Source: a virus (taxonomy: Duplodnaviria; Caudoviricetes). From it: a stretch of 64,000 nt of DNA. Positions 35,017-45,454 of this stretch are shown in pieces. Positions within the stretch are counted from its first letter, which is position 1, and each line of letters starts with the position of its first letter. The notes beneath the pieces were generated by a model, which was given only the letters and a program-made list of their open reading frames with translations, was not told the DNA's origin and ran no database searches. The DNA is taken from the IMG/VR virus record IMGVR_UViG_3300017913_002143, positions 1-64,000 of that record; one strand, 5' to 3'. The position numbers and the translations under genes were made by a program.

Positions 35017-35675
35017 GATTCACATTTATAATCTATATCAATTAAAAGTTTTGGCATATCTTTCATAAAACTAGATAGCTTTTCAAACTGACTTGTTGTT
35101 AATGATTCAATGAATCTTTGTACTTCTTCTTGTGGTTCATCAGATAGTATTATCTGTTCTTCTTCAGTAAGAATAGCATGCATACACACACGAATTGTTT
35201 CAAATGCAATTTCAGTTGGTGACGCTTCAGTGTTAAGTATAGTTGCATTATTCTTTATATCATTATATGTTGGATATTTCATTTTAACTGAAATGTTGTC
35301 GTCTAACTTAATGACACTATCTTTTGGCTCACTTGATAATTTTGTTTGCTCTAAGAATACCTCAACAGCATTTTTATGTTCACACTTATTACAGATCATT
35401 TGAAGTTTGGTAGTCTCACCAACAGCCTTAGATCGTATTTGTGTAAACATATAGTCTACATCAAAATTAGCTAATTTATTTGCATCAACACCTTCGCAGC
35501 ATGCATTGATTGTATTAGTGATAGCACTTAGAATTTGTTTTGTATCTTTTGATTCTATTGCTATCATAAGAATTTTTTGTTCTTTTACTAAGAACGGTCT
35601 ATATTTTACTACCTCTTTTGTTGATGGTATAACCATTTCATAATGAGGTACTTCATTCAAACGTGGCAGTGCCAT
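34962..35675 (-). CDS. gp26: Baseplate hub assembly/chaperone gp26
   Basis: YRPFLVKEQKILM, FTQIRSKAVGE, two CxxC pairs, C-terminal GLEDFFF. Confidence 0.88.
   Translation of the reverse strand: MALPRLNEVPHYEMVIPSTKEVVKYRPFLVKEQKILMIAIESKDTKQILSAITNTINACCEGVDANKLANFDVDYMFTQIRSKAVGETTKLQMICNKCEHKNAVEVFLEQTKLSSEPKDSVIKLDDNISVKMKYPTYNDIKNNATILNTEASPTEIAFETIRVCMHAILTEEEQIILSDEPQEEVQRFIESLTTSQFEKLSSFMKDMPKLLIDIDYKCESCGTVNERTITGLEDFFF
34966..34974 (-). other. Putative -1 ribosomal frameshift slippery site (T9; T TTT TTT/C)
   Basis: GAT TTT TTT TTC TAA at the gp26 end; the -1 frame continues into gp51. Confidence 0.6.
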
Positions 35676-35684
35676 AATTTACTC

Positions 35685-36374
35685 CTAACCAAATATTGAG
35701 CCGAGGCCTCCAGATACAGATATAAGACCTGCACCTCCACTCGACACATAATGATTTGTATATGCTAGATCAACTGTCAATTGCAGTATTTGATCTTGGT
35801 CGTTACTCAGTTCAATTGCATTTATTGTTTTTGGAAATGCGTCTACAAGCTCAACTGTATATACAGAACCACCACCAATACCAACATCAAAGTTGAATGG
35901 TCCTGCACCAAAGTTAACATTCTTGAGAGGTTTTCTTAACTGATGAATCTTTACAGACTTTGCATAGTCTGCTTTGTAGTTAGCTTTACCAGTACGATCT
36001 GGTACAGTCATCTCATACCACGAATCGAAATACTTCTTCATACCATAGTCATTAAGAAGATAGAATGTAAGTGATAATTCGGTAACAGCATATCCGTATG
36101 CCATTTGCTGACGTTCCATACCAATAACTCTATCAGTTGTTAGTATTTGTCTACCAGGTATTGATACTCTACTACACAGTGTGTTGAGTTCTTCACTACC
36201 ACCTCCACCTGTCAAAGCTGATATTGGATTTTGAACAAAGTTCTGAACAAAGTTCAACACACCACCAGACCCTCTACCAGAGAAGTTTGTTGGCAACGTA
36301 ACCATAAACTGATTACCAGATGCATAACCAAGTTTGGTACTCACAAGTGTTTTTAGTTGGTCAACACTAGCCAT
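35685..36374 (-). CDS. Tail tube-like/tube initiator protein (gp54/gp19 fold)
   Basis: SIPGRQILT, LTFYL, YFDSW, DAFPKTINAIELS, LTVDLAY. Confidence 0.7.
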   Translation of the reverse strand: MASVDQLKTLVSTKLGYASGNQFMVTLPTNFSGRGSGGVLNFVQNFVQNPISALTGGGGSEELNTLCSRVSIPGRQILTTDRVIGMERQQMAYGYAVTELSLTFYLLNDYGMKKYFDSWYEMTVPDRTGKANYKADYAKSVKIHQLRKPLKNVNFGAGPFNFDVGIGGGSVYTVELVDAFPKTINAIELSNDQDQILQLTVDLAYTNHYVSSGGAGLISVSGGLGSIFG

Positions 36375-36907
36375 TACATCTTCCTTCTAGAATCTGAATA
36401 CACTTTGCTTTTTGATGCACCCCTGAAGTCAGCTGTTGGTAAGAACGTAGCTATCTCCCATTCAGGTTTATCTACTAAAGCAAAACGACTTTTAACATGT
36501 TTGAAAAGATATCTGTGTATCATTGGCCTGATAAACTTTTCTGGCACACCACCTTCACCAAGTAAAGCATCAAGAGCTTTTGCTCTCATTGGTAATGGAA
36601 GATAGTGTAAATTGAGTCCATAAAATCCACCTGCTGCTGGTCCTGTTGGGATAACCAAAGGGAACGCATCATAGTATGGTAAAACATCTTTATACTTTGC
36701 ATCATAGAAATACATATACATGTTGCCATAAGGTGATGTATCAGGTTTATTCTCCAACTTGATTGCATCATCCTGCATTACATTCAAACGGCTAACTTTA
36801 CCCAGTTGTGTAGCTTTCTTTCGAAACCACGCAATAGATTCTTTTGTCCGTGGAGTGATACCTTTACGGAATGCTTCAATCTCTAATTGTTGAAATAGAC
36901 TTGCCAT
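36374..36907 (-). CDS. gp2: DNA end protector gp2
   Basis: MYFYDAKYKDVLPYYDAFPLV, FYGLNLHYLP, EWEIATFLPTADF. Confidence 0.9.
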   Translation of the reverse strand: MASLFQQLEIEAFRKGITPRTKESIAWFRKKATQLGKVSRLNVMQDDAIKLENKPDTSPYGNMYMYFYDAKYKDVLPYYDAFPLVIPTGPAAGGFYGLNLHYLPLPMRAKALDALLGEGGVPEKFIRPMIHRYLFKHVKSRFALVDKPEWEIATFLPTADFRGASKSKVYSDSRRKM

Positions 36908-36912
36908 GAGTG

Positions 36913-36920
36913 TATTTATA
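36913..36920 (-). promoter_or_regulatory. T4 late promoter of gp2
   Basis: TATAAATA on the minus strand, 5 nt before ATG. Confidence 0.75.
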
Positions 36921-36921
36921 A

Positions 36922-37407
36922 CTATTTTTTACGTTTTTTACGATATGGTTTTAGTGGTTTCAATGCTTTGAGTTTCTTCAGTATACCCATACTGTATAAT
37001 GTTTCTTCTGTCCATACTTGAAACTCCCAACCACGATCACTTGCAAACTCATTAGCTGCTTCCCACTTATTCATATTCTTAACATATGTCATAGCTTCAC
37101 CAATATATCTTTTGGACTTATCTGGTCTCTTTGGTGGAGTTGTTTCTTTCTCTGGTTTGATTTCAACTAATATTGTTTTGTTATCTGTAAATGTAATCTT
37201 GAGATCCACAAAGTATCTGTGCATCTTCTTATCTATTTCCCACAAGTATGGAACAACAATCTCTTCTGATGACCACTTCTTTACTTTGGGATTTTGATCA
37301 CACCATACAAAGCATGCCTTTTCCCACGACGAACGGTAAGTGATCTTATCAAGATCTCCTTCGTACTTTGAAATATTCTTAACTTTATATCTTCCAGAAT
37401 AAGCCAT
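36922..37407 (-). CDS. gp4: Head completion nuclease gp4
   Basis: KYEGD..ITYRSSWE, WSSEEIVVPY, HRYFVD, EIKP, NKWEAA. Confidence 0.92.
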   Translation of the reverse strand: MAYSGRYKVKNISKYEGDLDKITYRSSWEKACFVWCDQNPKVKKWSSEEIVVPYLWEIDKKMHRYFVDLKITFTDNKTILVEIKPEKETTPPKRPDKSKRYIGEAMTYVKNMNKWEAANEFASDRGWEFQVWTEETLYSMGILKKLKALKPLKPYRKKRKK

Positions 37408-37415
37408 AAAAACTG

Positions 37416-37423
37416 TATAAATA
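37416..37423 (+). promoter_or_regulatory. T4 late promoter of the baseplate operon
   Basis: Exact TATAAATA upstream of gp48. Confidence 0.75.
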
Positions 37424-37457
37424 GGTTTACATTACTTTTATTTATTAAGGATACAAC

Positions 37458-38759
37458 ATGGCCATAAACTTAGGTAGTAATAAAGGTGGATATAAAACTG
37501 GCCCTGGCGGAAGAATAATTCCAAATAGACCAGAAGGCAGTTCAGCTGATACAGCAATACCAAGTAGAGGTGGCGGTGTTAGTGGATATGATCCAGTTGG
37601 ATTGGGAATATCATCAAAGTATCGAGGTAAGGGTTCTCAACCACAATCAAGTCAACAAGGTGGTGAGTTACTAAGATTCCCTGTTGATAATATTCAAGCA
37701 TATCCTGCATACATTAAGTTTGAACCATATAAAGTAGATGCATACGAAATAGATGAAGAGAGTGCAATGGACATATTTGATGTTCCTCTACTAAAAGAAT
37801 TTTATGATACTTACGCTGGTGATGGAGCTAAAAGTCAAGCTGATAAGCAAGTAGCTGCAGGATCATATGCCGATGCTATCACACAAGATGATGCTGAAGA
37901 AGAAGGAGCCCTGGCGGTTGAGGCCTTTCAGCAATCACGGCAAAATAAGCAGGAGAAGGCTTTACGTCAAAAGTTTGAAGCTGATCAAAGACAAAAAAAG
38001 GCTGCTGAGATAAATGCCCGTAGAGGTAGATTTAGAACTAACCTAGCTGCACAAAGTGCAGTTTCTACTGGATCAAATCTGATTACACTATACTTACCAC
38101 AATCATTGATTTATGCGGATAACGTTGCGTATAAAGATGTTAATCTTGGTACAAGTGGTTTAGCTGCATTAGGAGCACTTAATGCTGGTCAATCAATAGC
38201 TGGATCTATTGGCCAAGGGTTGAAAGAAGGTCTTACAGATCTATTTGGTATATTTGGAGCTGGGTTGAATCAAGAAGGTGGTGAATTACTTGCTGCTAGA
38301 TTAATTAACAAACTACCTGGTTCTGGTGGAATACAAGGTGCAGCTAGTACTGCTTTACAGACAGGAATCAATCCTGGAACCAGAATTCTTTTTGATAGAC
38401 CTAACCTTAGAGAATTTACATTTAACTTTAAATTGATCCCACGATCTCCTGGTGAGGCTGATCAGATACAAAAAATAGTTAGATCGTTTAGAGAAGAGAT
38501 GTACCCAGAAGCTATTGATGTAGCTGGCGTTCCAATTGGATTTAAGTTTCCAAATGTATATTACATTTCTATGGGTATTGCTGGTGGAGACATTAAGCTA
38601 CCTCAGATTCAGTATGCTTATCTAAGAAATGTAACTTCAACATACAATCCTACAGCTGGAGTGTTTATGCAAGATGGTCATCCAAACGAAGTTGATCTAT
38701 CTTTGACGTTCCAAGAATACAGACCACTTGTAAAACAAGATATTCAGGATGGATACTAA
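37458..38759 (+). CDS. gp48: Baseplate tail-tube cap gp48
   Basis: LYLPQSL, NPGTRILFDRPNLREFTFNFKLIPRS, FKFP, LSLTFQEY. Confidence 0.85.
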   Translation: MAINLGSNKGGYKTGPGGRIIPNRPEGSSADTAIPSRGGGVSGYDPVGLGISSKYRGKGSQPQSSQQGGELLRFPVDNIQAYPAYIKFEPYKVDAYEIDEESAMDIFDVPLLKEFYDTYAGDGAKSQADKQVAAGSYADAITQDDAEEEGALAVEAFQQSRQNKQEKALRQKFEADQRQKKAAEINARRGRFRTNLAAQSAVSTGSNLITLYLPQSLIYADNVAYKDVNLGTSGLAALGALNAGQSIAGSIGQGLKEGLTDLFGIFGAGLNQEGGELLAARLINKLPGSGGIQGAASTALQTGINPGTRILFDRPNLREFTFNFKLIPRSPGEADQIQKIVRSFREEMYPEAIDVAGVPIGFKFPNVYYISMGIAGGDIKLPQIQYAYLRNVTSTYNPTAGVFMQDGHPNEVDLSLTFQEYRPLVKQDIQDGY

Positions 38760-38761
38760 GA

Positions 38762-39544
38762 ATGAAATACTTCGATAAGTTTAGAAAAGTAACATACTTC
38801 TATGGCGATGAGTTTGCAACACCTGGTACATTAGGTGGAGCTGAGTTAAACTATACTCAAGATCTAACTCATTATGTTGATATGGTTGATCAACTAAGAT
38901 ATAATGCTGCGTTCTACAATAAGTATAATATTATTGAAAACGAACGACCAGATCAAGTATCATATAAACTATATGGTAGCCCAGCTTATCATTGGACATT
39001 CTATATGATGAATGATAACTTACGTTCACATGGTTGGCCACTAACATTGAAACAAATGGATGAAAGAGTCAAGGCTGACTTCCCTCATCAGTTCTTACAA
39101 TTCAGAGCAGACATTACAAACATATATCTTGCAGGTGATGTTATCATTGGTGACCAAACTGGAGCAAAGGCTACTATTCTTCGTAGGTTCCCCGATCTTG
39201 GAATTATCATAGTTGATATGGCCACTACTACTAAGTTTAGAGCTCAAGAGAAGATTGAGATCTTACTACAAGCTCCTGGCCATACTGCATCAAATGTACC
39301 TGCAGGTGGTAAGATTGCTTGTGTTGCAGTAGGTGATGAATACAATGCAACTCATCATTGGGAAAACTCTGCTGGTGAGTATGTTGATATTGATCCTAGA
39401 GTTGGAGCAGCTGCAATCTATAATGAAGTTACAAATAGAGATAGGTATGAGAGAATTAATAATGATCTGAAACAAATAAAGGTTATACGACCAGAAAATA
39501 TGTCAGTGGTAGCAAGCGCATTTAAGAAAGCTCTATTATCGTAA
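38762..39544 (+). CDS. gp53: Baseplate wedge gp53
   Basis: YFDKF, ERPDQVSYKLYGSPAYHWTFYMMN, WPLT, NNDLKQIKVIRP. Confidence 0.88.
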   Translation: MKYFDKFRKVTYFYGDEFATPGTLGGAELNYTQDLTHYVDMVDQLRYNAAFYNKYNIIENERPDQVSYKLYGSPAYHWTFYMMNDNLRSHGWPLTLKQMDERVKADFPHQFLQFRADITNIYLAGDVIIGDQTGAKATILRRFPDLGIIIVDMATTTKFRAQEKIEILLQAPGHTASNVPAGGKIACVAVGDEYNATHHWENSAGEYVDIDPRVGAAAIYNEVTNRDRYERINNDLKQIKVIRPENMSVVASAFKKALLS

Positions 39545-40881
39545 TGTCAGAACCAACCAGTTTCTTTACAATTGAATCTGTAACTATTAATTCATCTCGT
39601 CAGGTTGAAGAGGTGAATATTACAGGACTTGTGTCTGATATTACAATATATGAAAATATGGATATGCCATTCCTGACTGGTGAGTTAGCATTCATTGATG
39701 ATAAACGATTACTCGAAAGACTTGATATTGTAGGTGGTGAGTTTATAACAATTACACTCACAACAAAACAAGGTGGTGAGCCATTAACTAAAAGGTTTTG
39801 TGTTGAGCGTTTAGATAATGCAACTAAAGTTAATGAAAGATCAGAAGCTATCATATTGACTTTGATAGAAGATATTGGTTTTATTTCAAACTTTAAGAAT
39901 GTCAATCGAGGATATGATGGTAATCCAATCGACATCTTAAACAAAATATCAACTGATTACTTAGGAGTAGATACTTTATATCTACACGAAACAGTTCAGT
40001 TTCAAAGAGATATGAAGATGATTGTTCCTAACATGCATCCAATTGAAGCTATGATGTGGATCAAGAACAGATTGACTGATGATGCTGGATATCCAGCATA
40101 TCTATTCTCGACATTACACCTTGAAGGTTTAAAGGTTGGCGTGTTATCAGATCTTATAGATCAAACACCACTGAATAAAAGACAGCCGTTTATATACGGG
40201 GCAAATGCAAGTGTGGGTAACGATATTCTAATTGATAAACAAAACTTCAATCCATTACCAATTGAAGACTATTCATATGACGACAAAGCAAAGATGTTTA
40301 ACCTAATACATGATGGTGTAGTAGGAGCTAAATATCAATTCTATGATGCTCTTACTGGACGTATTGATTATCACGACTTTAGTTTCTTAGATGATGTTGC
40401 AGCTAACTATCTGGATCAAGCGAGACAGCCTACAATTCCTCAAGGTTTAGAGTTTGATGAAGTTAACATTGCAAATAGCACAAGTAGAGTGATTAGTAGG
40501 GTTACATCATCTGGTGCATATAATAATGGAATGGAAAGTCGCAAGACAATAGATGAAGAAAATAATATAGCAAACTATAAAAAGAGACTTACAGCATATG
40601 CAATGAAGAAGCATTTGCAGGAAAGTGGGAATATTACAATCAGGGTTAAGGGATCTGGATTCTTATCACCAGGTGCACACAAGACTATTGGAAACGTATA
40701 TCGTATTCTGTTCTTTGCAAACAGAGCTGTACAAGAAAATGAAATACCAATAGATAAAAAGAAGTCTGGTGACTATATGGTCCATTCAATCAAGCATGTG
40801 TTTGGTAATGAGAGATATGATGTACATCTCACAGGTTGTAAGTTGCAGCACATGAAACAAGATGTGGTATCGGTAGAATGA
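39544..40881 (+). CDS. Baseplate hub protein (gp27-like)
   Basis: ITIYENMDMPFLTGEL N-terminus; position between gp53 and gp5; C-terminal SGDYMVHSIKH. Confidence 0.6.
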   Translation: MSEPTSFFTIESVTINSSRQVEEVNITGLVSDITIYENMDMPFLTGELAFIDDKRLLERLDIVGGEFITITLTTKQGGEPLTKRFCVERLDNATKVNERSEAIILTLIEDIGFISNFKNVNRGYDGNPIDILNKISTDYLGVDTLYLHETVQFQRDMKMIVPNMHPIEAMMWIKNRLTDDAGYPAYLFSTLHLEGLKVGVLSDLIDQTPLNKRQPFIYGANASVGNDILIDKQNFNPLPIEDYSYDDKAKMFNLIHDGVVGAKYQFYDALTGRIDYHDFSFLDDVAANYLDQARQPTIPQGLEFDEVNIANSTSRVISRVTSSGAYNNGMESRKTIDEENNIANYKKRLTAYAMKKHLQESGNITIRVKGSGFLSPGAHKTIGNVYRILFFANRAVQENEIPIDKKKSGDYMVHSIKHVFGNERYDVHLTGCKLQHMKQDVVSVE

Positions 40882-41801
40882 TTCCAAGTAGCAATATAGA
40901 ATTTTATGGTGACGAACAAAGATGGTTTATGGCCAGAGTCGTCAGTATTGATGATCCATTACAGATGGGTCGTGTACGTATTCGTATATTTGGTTTACAT
41001 GATAATCCAGAGATCAGAGATGCTGATCTGCCTTGGGCTCAGGTTGTTGTTCCTATCACAGAAGGATCATCTTCTGGTATTGGTACCAACATTGGTATCA
41101 AAGAACAAGCTCAAGTGTATGGAATATTCTTTGATGGTAAGAACTCACAACTTCCATTAGTAATTGGTTCTATTACTAAGTTAGAAGACACTATTGAAAA
41201 AACTTCTGATGATCCACGTGGTACACATCAGATACCAACACCAGGTGTTGATGTTAACATAAGACCACCAGAAGAAGTTGATGAAGAGTTTCTTACTGGT
41301 GATACAAATATTGAAAGAGCATACAACTTTTTAATTACAAGAGAAGGTGGTAATCTGACTAGTGCACAAGCTGCTGGTGTTATTGGTAACTTCTGTGTTG
41401 AGTCTGGTGCAAATCAAAATGGCGGAGACATCAATCCAATAGCGCAAGCACCTAATGAAGGTTCGTTTGGTATTGCTCAATGGAATCCAGCAACAGCTAG
41501 GTTCCAAGGTCTAAAAGATATGTCAGCCAGACTGAACATATCATACACTAGTTTGTATGCACAATTGTTGTGGACCCGTACTGAGTTGATAACACATTCA
41601 TATCTTGGGTATGGTGAATTGAAACAAGCTAGAGATCCAGAAGAAGCAGCTTTGGTCTTTATGAGAAAGTATGAAAGACCTGGATATGAAGTACAAAGTG
41701 ATAGTAGTAGAATAAAAGGTAGTGACGGTAAAGATCGCCGTCTTGGACAAGATGAAAGAATAGCTTTTGCTGAAGAAATATACTCAGCAATGAACACGTA
41801 G
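40878..41801 (+). CDS. gp5: gp5 N-terminal OB-fold fused to a phage tail lysozyme (Phage_lysozyme2-like) domain
   Basis: DPLQMGRVRIRIFGLH...LPWAQVV...FFDG; then AAGVIGNFCVESG, GIAQWN, QLLW..EL, FMRKYERP. Confidence 0.85.
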   Translation: MIPSSNIEFYGDEQRWFMARVVSIDDPLQMGRVRIRIFGLHDNPEIRDADLPWAQVVVPITEGSSSGIGTNIGIKEQAQVYGIFFDGKNSQLPLVIGSITKLEDTIEKTSDDPRGTHQIPTPGVDVNIRPPEEVDEEFLTGDTNIERAYNFLITREGGNLTSAQAAGVIGNFCVESGANQNGGDINPIAQAPNEGSFGIAQWNPATARFQGLKDMSARLNISYTSLYAQLLWTRTELITHSYLGYGELKQARDPEEAALVFMRKYERPGYEVQSDSSRIKGSDGKDRRLGQDERIAFAEEIYSAMNT

Positions 41802-41807
41802 GTTAGT

Positions 41808-43502
41808 ATGGTAGATTTTCCTAATGATACAAAAGCTGGTAAGTTAGAAGTTAGACGTGAGAGCAGCCGAGTACGTAATGCACTCAATGCTTCACCCGTA
41901 GAGTTTCAAGCACTAGTCTCACAAGCAAAACAATTATCAAATAAGTTATCTGATGGTGGTTTTGATAAAATTGCTGGTCCTCTAAAGACAGTTGGTGAAC
42001 GTGTTGGATCTGGTGTACAGGAACAAATTAAGAATACAAAAGAATCTTCTAAGAATTTTGGTAAGAGAATGAGGCAAACCCCAGCATTTGCACAAATGAA
42101 AGATCTGGCAGAAAACTATGCTAGCGTTTATGGTCCAGCAATTATTTCAAGTCCAAGTTCAAAAAGCAATGTTGATACTCTTGCTGGTTCAACTACACAA
42201 TCGTCAGTAAACTTGAGAAAGGTCACAAGTGACAATAGTCCAGAAGCTATAACTTCAACACTAGAGGGTATTAGTGTTCCAGCTAATACTGTGCGTCAAG
42301 AAGTCAATAAAGTGCAGGTTGCTAATCAAGATCAGCCAGTATTGAAAGAAGGACTGAAGCAGTTTCCAGATAATGTTAAGACACAGGCTTCCACAGAATT
42401 AACAAAGGATGCTCCCAAAGAAGCAAAAACTGATCTGTCAGTTGGTATTGTTGATAAGTTATCAGAGTATTCAGGTAACATAAACAAACAACTTGGCAAT
42501 CCTTTTGGGTCAGGTAATTCAAAGTTTGGTCAAATAGGAATGGACTTTGGAAATATATTAGGTAGTGTTGTTGGGTCTGTTATGGGACAAGGACCATTTC
42601 AAGCTGTTGGCCAAGTACTCAATCTTACAGCAGATGGTATTGATCCTAAAACATTTTTGCCAGCTCCTCCTATTGTGAACAGTTTTGGTGATACGCAGTT
42701 AAACAAAACAGTTAGAAGTCAACAACTAACTGCTGTTGAGCAACCAACACTTCCAGCAATGGATTTGACAAAAATGCCAGAGCCACAAAACATCGATGAC
42801 TTTGAATATAAAATAATCTTTGATAAGAAATCACTTGAGCTATTACTACAATCAATAACATCACGAACTATTGATAGTATAATTTTTGGCTGGACTAAAA
42901 ACTTTTCTGACGAAAATGAAACACCAGCTGTTTATAATAAGTATAAAGTGTATAGAAAAAATACATATAAGGCAACAGCTTCTGGAAAGATTACAGACTT
43001 AGTTAGTCAAACTCATATCTATGTAATGAAGAATGGTCGGCCAATAATAATTCTACCGTTTCAAACTATTCCAAGAAGTGTTGTAAATGCTAAGGCATAT
43101 CGTGATGCTAATCAGTCAGAACAATTATCAAAGCAAGATCTATATGATCGCTCAATAGTTGTAAGATTAGATGCTGGATTCAAAGAACCCAAAATAGATA
43201 TTGGTGAAAAAATTCTTGCGTTTGAAGAAGACAAAAAGACTGAGTTTGATTTGAAGAGTGACCAAAATGCACGTGATATGCTTAATGGATTACTATCATC
43301 AGATTCAATAACTGCACAACAATGGAAAACTGTAGACATGATTGTGGAAATAGTTACAAGATTGAATCCTGGTGGTACAATCATCAGCGCTGGTGATTTA
43401 CATGAGGACATTGCTGCTGCAAACTCAGGATTCAATAAGTTTGTATATGACACTCTTGGTCTTCGTTTTGATATGGAAGACTATGCGGAGAAATTCAGAT
43501 AA
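41808..43502 (+). CDS. Baseplate hub-associated protein with degenerate amidase-2-like C-terminal domain
   Basis: IDSIIFGWT, THIYVMKNG, SIVVRLDAG, TAQQWKT, PGGTIISAGD align by eye to the T7-lysozyme fold with His ligands lost. Confidence 0.5.
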   Translation: MVDFPNDTKAGKLEVRRESSRVRNALNASPVEFQALVSQAKQLSNKLSDGGFDKIAGPLKTVGERVGSGVQEQIKNTKESSKNFGKRMRQTPAFAQMKDLAENYASVYGPAIISSPSSKSNVDTLAGSTTQSSVNLRKVTSDNSPEAITSTLEGISVPANTVRQEVNKVQVANQDQPVLKEGLKQFPDNVKTQASTELTKDAPKEAKTDLSVGIVDKLSEYSGNINKQLGNPFGSGNSKFGQIGMDFGNILGSVVGSVMGQGPFQAVGQVLNLTADGIDPKTFLPAPPIVNSFGDTQLNKTVRSQQLTAVEQPTLPAMDLTKMPEPQNIDDFEYKIIFDKKSLELLLQSITSRTIDSIIFGWTKNFSDENETPAVYNKYKVYRKNTYKATASGKITDLVSQTHIYVMKNGRPIIILPFQTIPRSVVNAKAYRDANQSEQLSKQDLYDRSIVVRLDAGFKEPKIDIGEKILAFEEDKKTEFDLKSDQNARDMLNGLLSSDSITAQQWKTVDMIVEIVTRLNPGGTIISAGDLHEDIAAANSGFNKFVYDTLGLRFDMEDYAEKFR

Positions 43503-45454
43503 TGCCCGATAATGTGTATAAAGATAAAACTGGAGTCTATCCAAAGAGAGAGTATAATAATGCTCCTACCACAAACCTTGAAGCAAGAGGGATCGAAGAG
43601 AACCATCTTGCTATAGGTGGTGGAGATGTTGATCTTGATCTTGAATTAAAACCATTACCATCTTCACAATATCCACTAAACCAAGTTCGTCGTAGTGTAA
43701 CAGGTCATGTTACAGAGATTGATGATACACCTGGTCGCGAACGTATGTTGTTTAAACATAGGACAGGTGCTGGCGTTGAGATGAGACCAGATGGTACGGT
43801 AATCATTAACTCAACTAACAATCAAATAACAATTGCTGGAGGTGATCAGAAAGTTATCATTGAAGGTAATGGTCAGATGGTTTATCATGGTAATCTCAAT
43901 ATGAGAGTTGATGGTGACTTTGATTTAGATGTTGGTGGTAACATGAATGTTACTGTTGGTCAAACATATGAAGAAGATATTAAAGGTGGATTCAGACAAG
44001 ATGTAAACGGACCACACGCATCATATATCAATGGCAATGTTACAAGTTTTATTACTAAAAATCAAAACAACATGATTATAGGTGATCAGAATAATCAAAT
44101 TAAAGGTGATGTTGATACAAATATTGAAGGTGTTCATGATCATGGTGTGAAAGGTCAAATGCATGTATCATCAGAAACAAGAATAAACAACACGTCGCCT
44201 GACATTAATATTGCTGGAGATAATATAACCGTTATTGGTGATGATGGAACCTTTGGTGGCCAGAATATTGTTTACTATGGACACACAGCTCATGTCCCAA
44301 GAGTTAACTCAACATCTATGCATGCCACAACATTCCATGGGACATTAGACGGTAAGGCAACATTTGCTGGTGCAGCAGATCAAGCAGGTCGTGCAGGAAC
44401 AGCAGGCGCAATTGGTGCAGGCGGTTCTGGTGGTGGTACACAAACAATTGTATCTGCTACAAACAAAACAACTGTACAACCAACAAGTGCGTTGATGACT
44501 GGAAGCTGGTTTGTTGGATCGTATGGTATATTCAAAGTAGCTATTGATGCTGGTAGTGCAATCTATAATAAACTAAACAGACTATTTGATTATAATAATA
44601 TATCAGACAGACAGTTGACAACAAGAGAAGTTAGATCTAAACTGAGAGATCCAGAAACTCAGAAGAATGAAAAGTTTGTTGGATCATGTATTGCTGATGG
44701 TATCTTGAGCTCAACATACACCACATCTGTAGCAACAACAATAGGTGATATTGTTGGTAAAGATGCTACTCCGAGAACACCTAATCCTAATGAAGTGTTT
44801 GGAATACAACCTGGTGCTGAGCAGCAGAGATATAAGGCTACTATACAAAATGTTCCACACACATTACGTCCAGCTGATAAGTTTAACCCTGTACTTGCAG
44901 AATACATTGACCGTGATACCAAATTGTCTCGCGGTATTACTATTGCAAAGTTCTTAGGTAGTTATGGTGATCAAAGTAACTTTGATGATGTTGAAACAGC
45001 AGATAGAATCGATATTGCTAAACATCTCTATCTACAGACACCACTAATCAAATCTGTAATGAATGATGTTGGTGAGTTTGCAGAATACAGACTTGTTGTT
45101 GCAGAAGGCTTCTACACAAAAGGTGCTAATGAAACAATCACACCTGGTAGCCTAAACGATCTTGCAACAAAAGGTAGAGTTTGTGTTTATGAGCTTTATG
45201 ATAGAGAAGGTAAGCAAGCAAAGAAAGCAACATTTAGATTAGCTGCATGGTGGAAAGATAGTCAACGGTTTGATAAAATGATACTGGATTATGACTCATA
45301 TAATCCAAATGGTGTGATGAATGTACAAATTATTGTTGTGATGCCAGAACTGGATGAAGGTACGTACACAGCTTCTTATAATAATACTATTGAAACCAGG
45401 TTGAACAATTACGTTCAAAGTACAAATGAGCTTGTAGAGATACTTGAAATCTAG
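43502..45454 (+). CDS. gp5: gp5 C-terminal part: baseplate spike beta-helix plus extra C-terminal domain
   Basis: YPLNQV...GHVTEIDDTPGRER...HRTG..VEMRPDG followed by VxG/IxG beta-helix repeats. Confidence 0.82.
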   Translation: MPDNVYKDKTGVYPKREYNNAPTTNLEARGIEENHLAIGGGDVDLDLELKPLPSSQYPLNQVRRSVTGHVTEIDDTPGRERMLFKHRTGAGVEMRPDGTVIINSTNNQITIAGGDQKVIIEGNGQMVYHGNLNMRVDGDFDLDVGGNMNVTVGQTYEEDIKGGFRQDVNGPHASYINGNVTSFITKNQNNMIIGDQNNQIKGDVDTNIEGVHDHGVKGQMHVSSETRINNTSPDINIAGDNITVIGDDGTFGGQNIVYYGHTAHVPRVNSTSMHATTFHGTLDGKATFAGAADQAGRAGTAGAIGAGGSGGGTQTIVSATNKTTVQPTSALMTGSWFVGSYGIFKVAIDAGSAIYNKLNRLFDYNNISDRQLTTREVRSKLRDPETQKNEKFVGSCIADGILSSTYTTSVATTIGDIVGKDATPRTPNPNEVFGIQPGAEQQRYKATIQNVPHTLRPADKFNPVLAEYIDRDTKLSRGITIAKFLGSYGDQSNFDDVETADRIDIAKHLYLQTPLIKSVMNDVGEFAEYRLVVAEGFYTKGANETITPGSLNDLATKGRVCVYELYDREGKQAKKATFRLAAWWKDSQRFDKMILDYDSYNPNGVMNVQIIVVMPELDEGTYTASYNNTIETRLNNYVQSTNELVEILEI

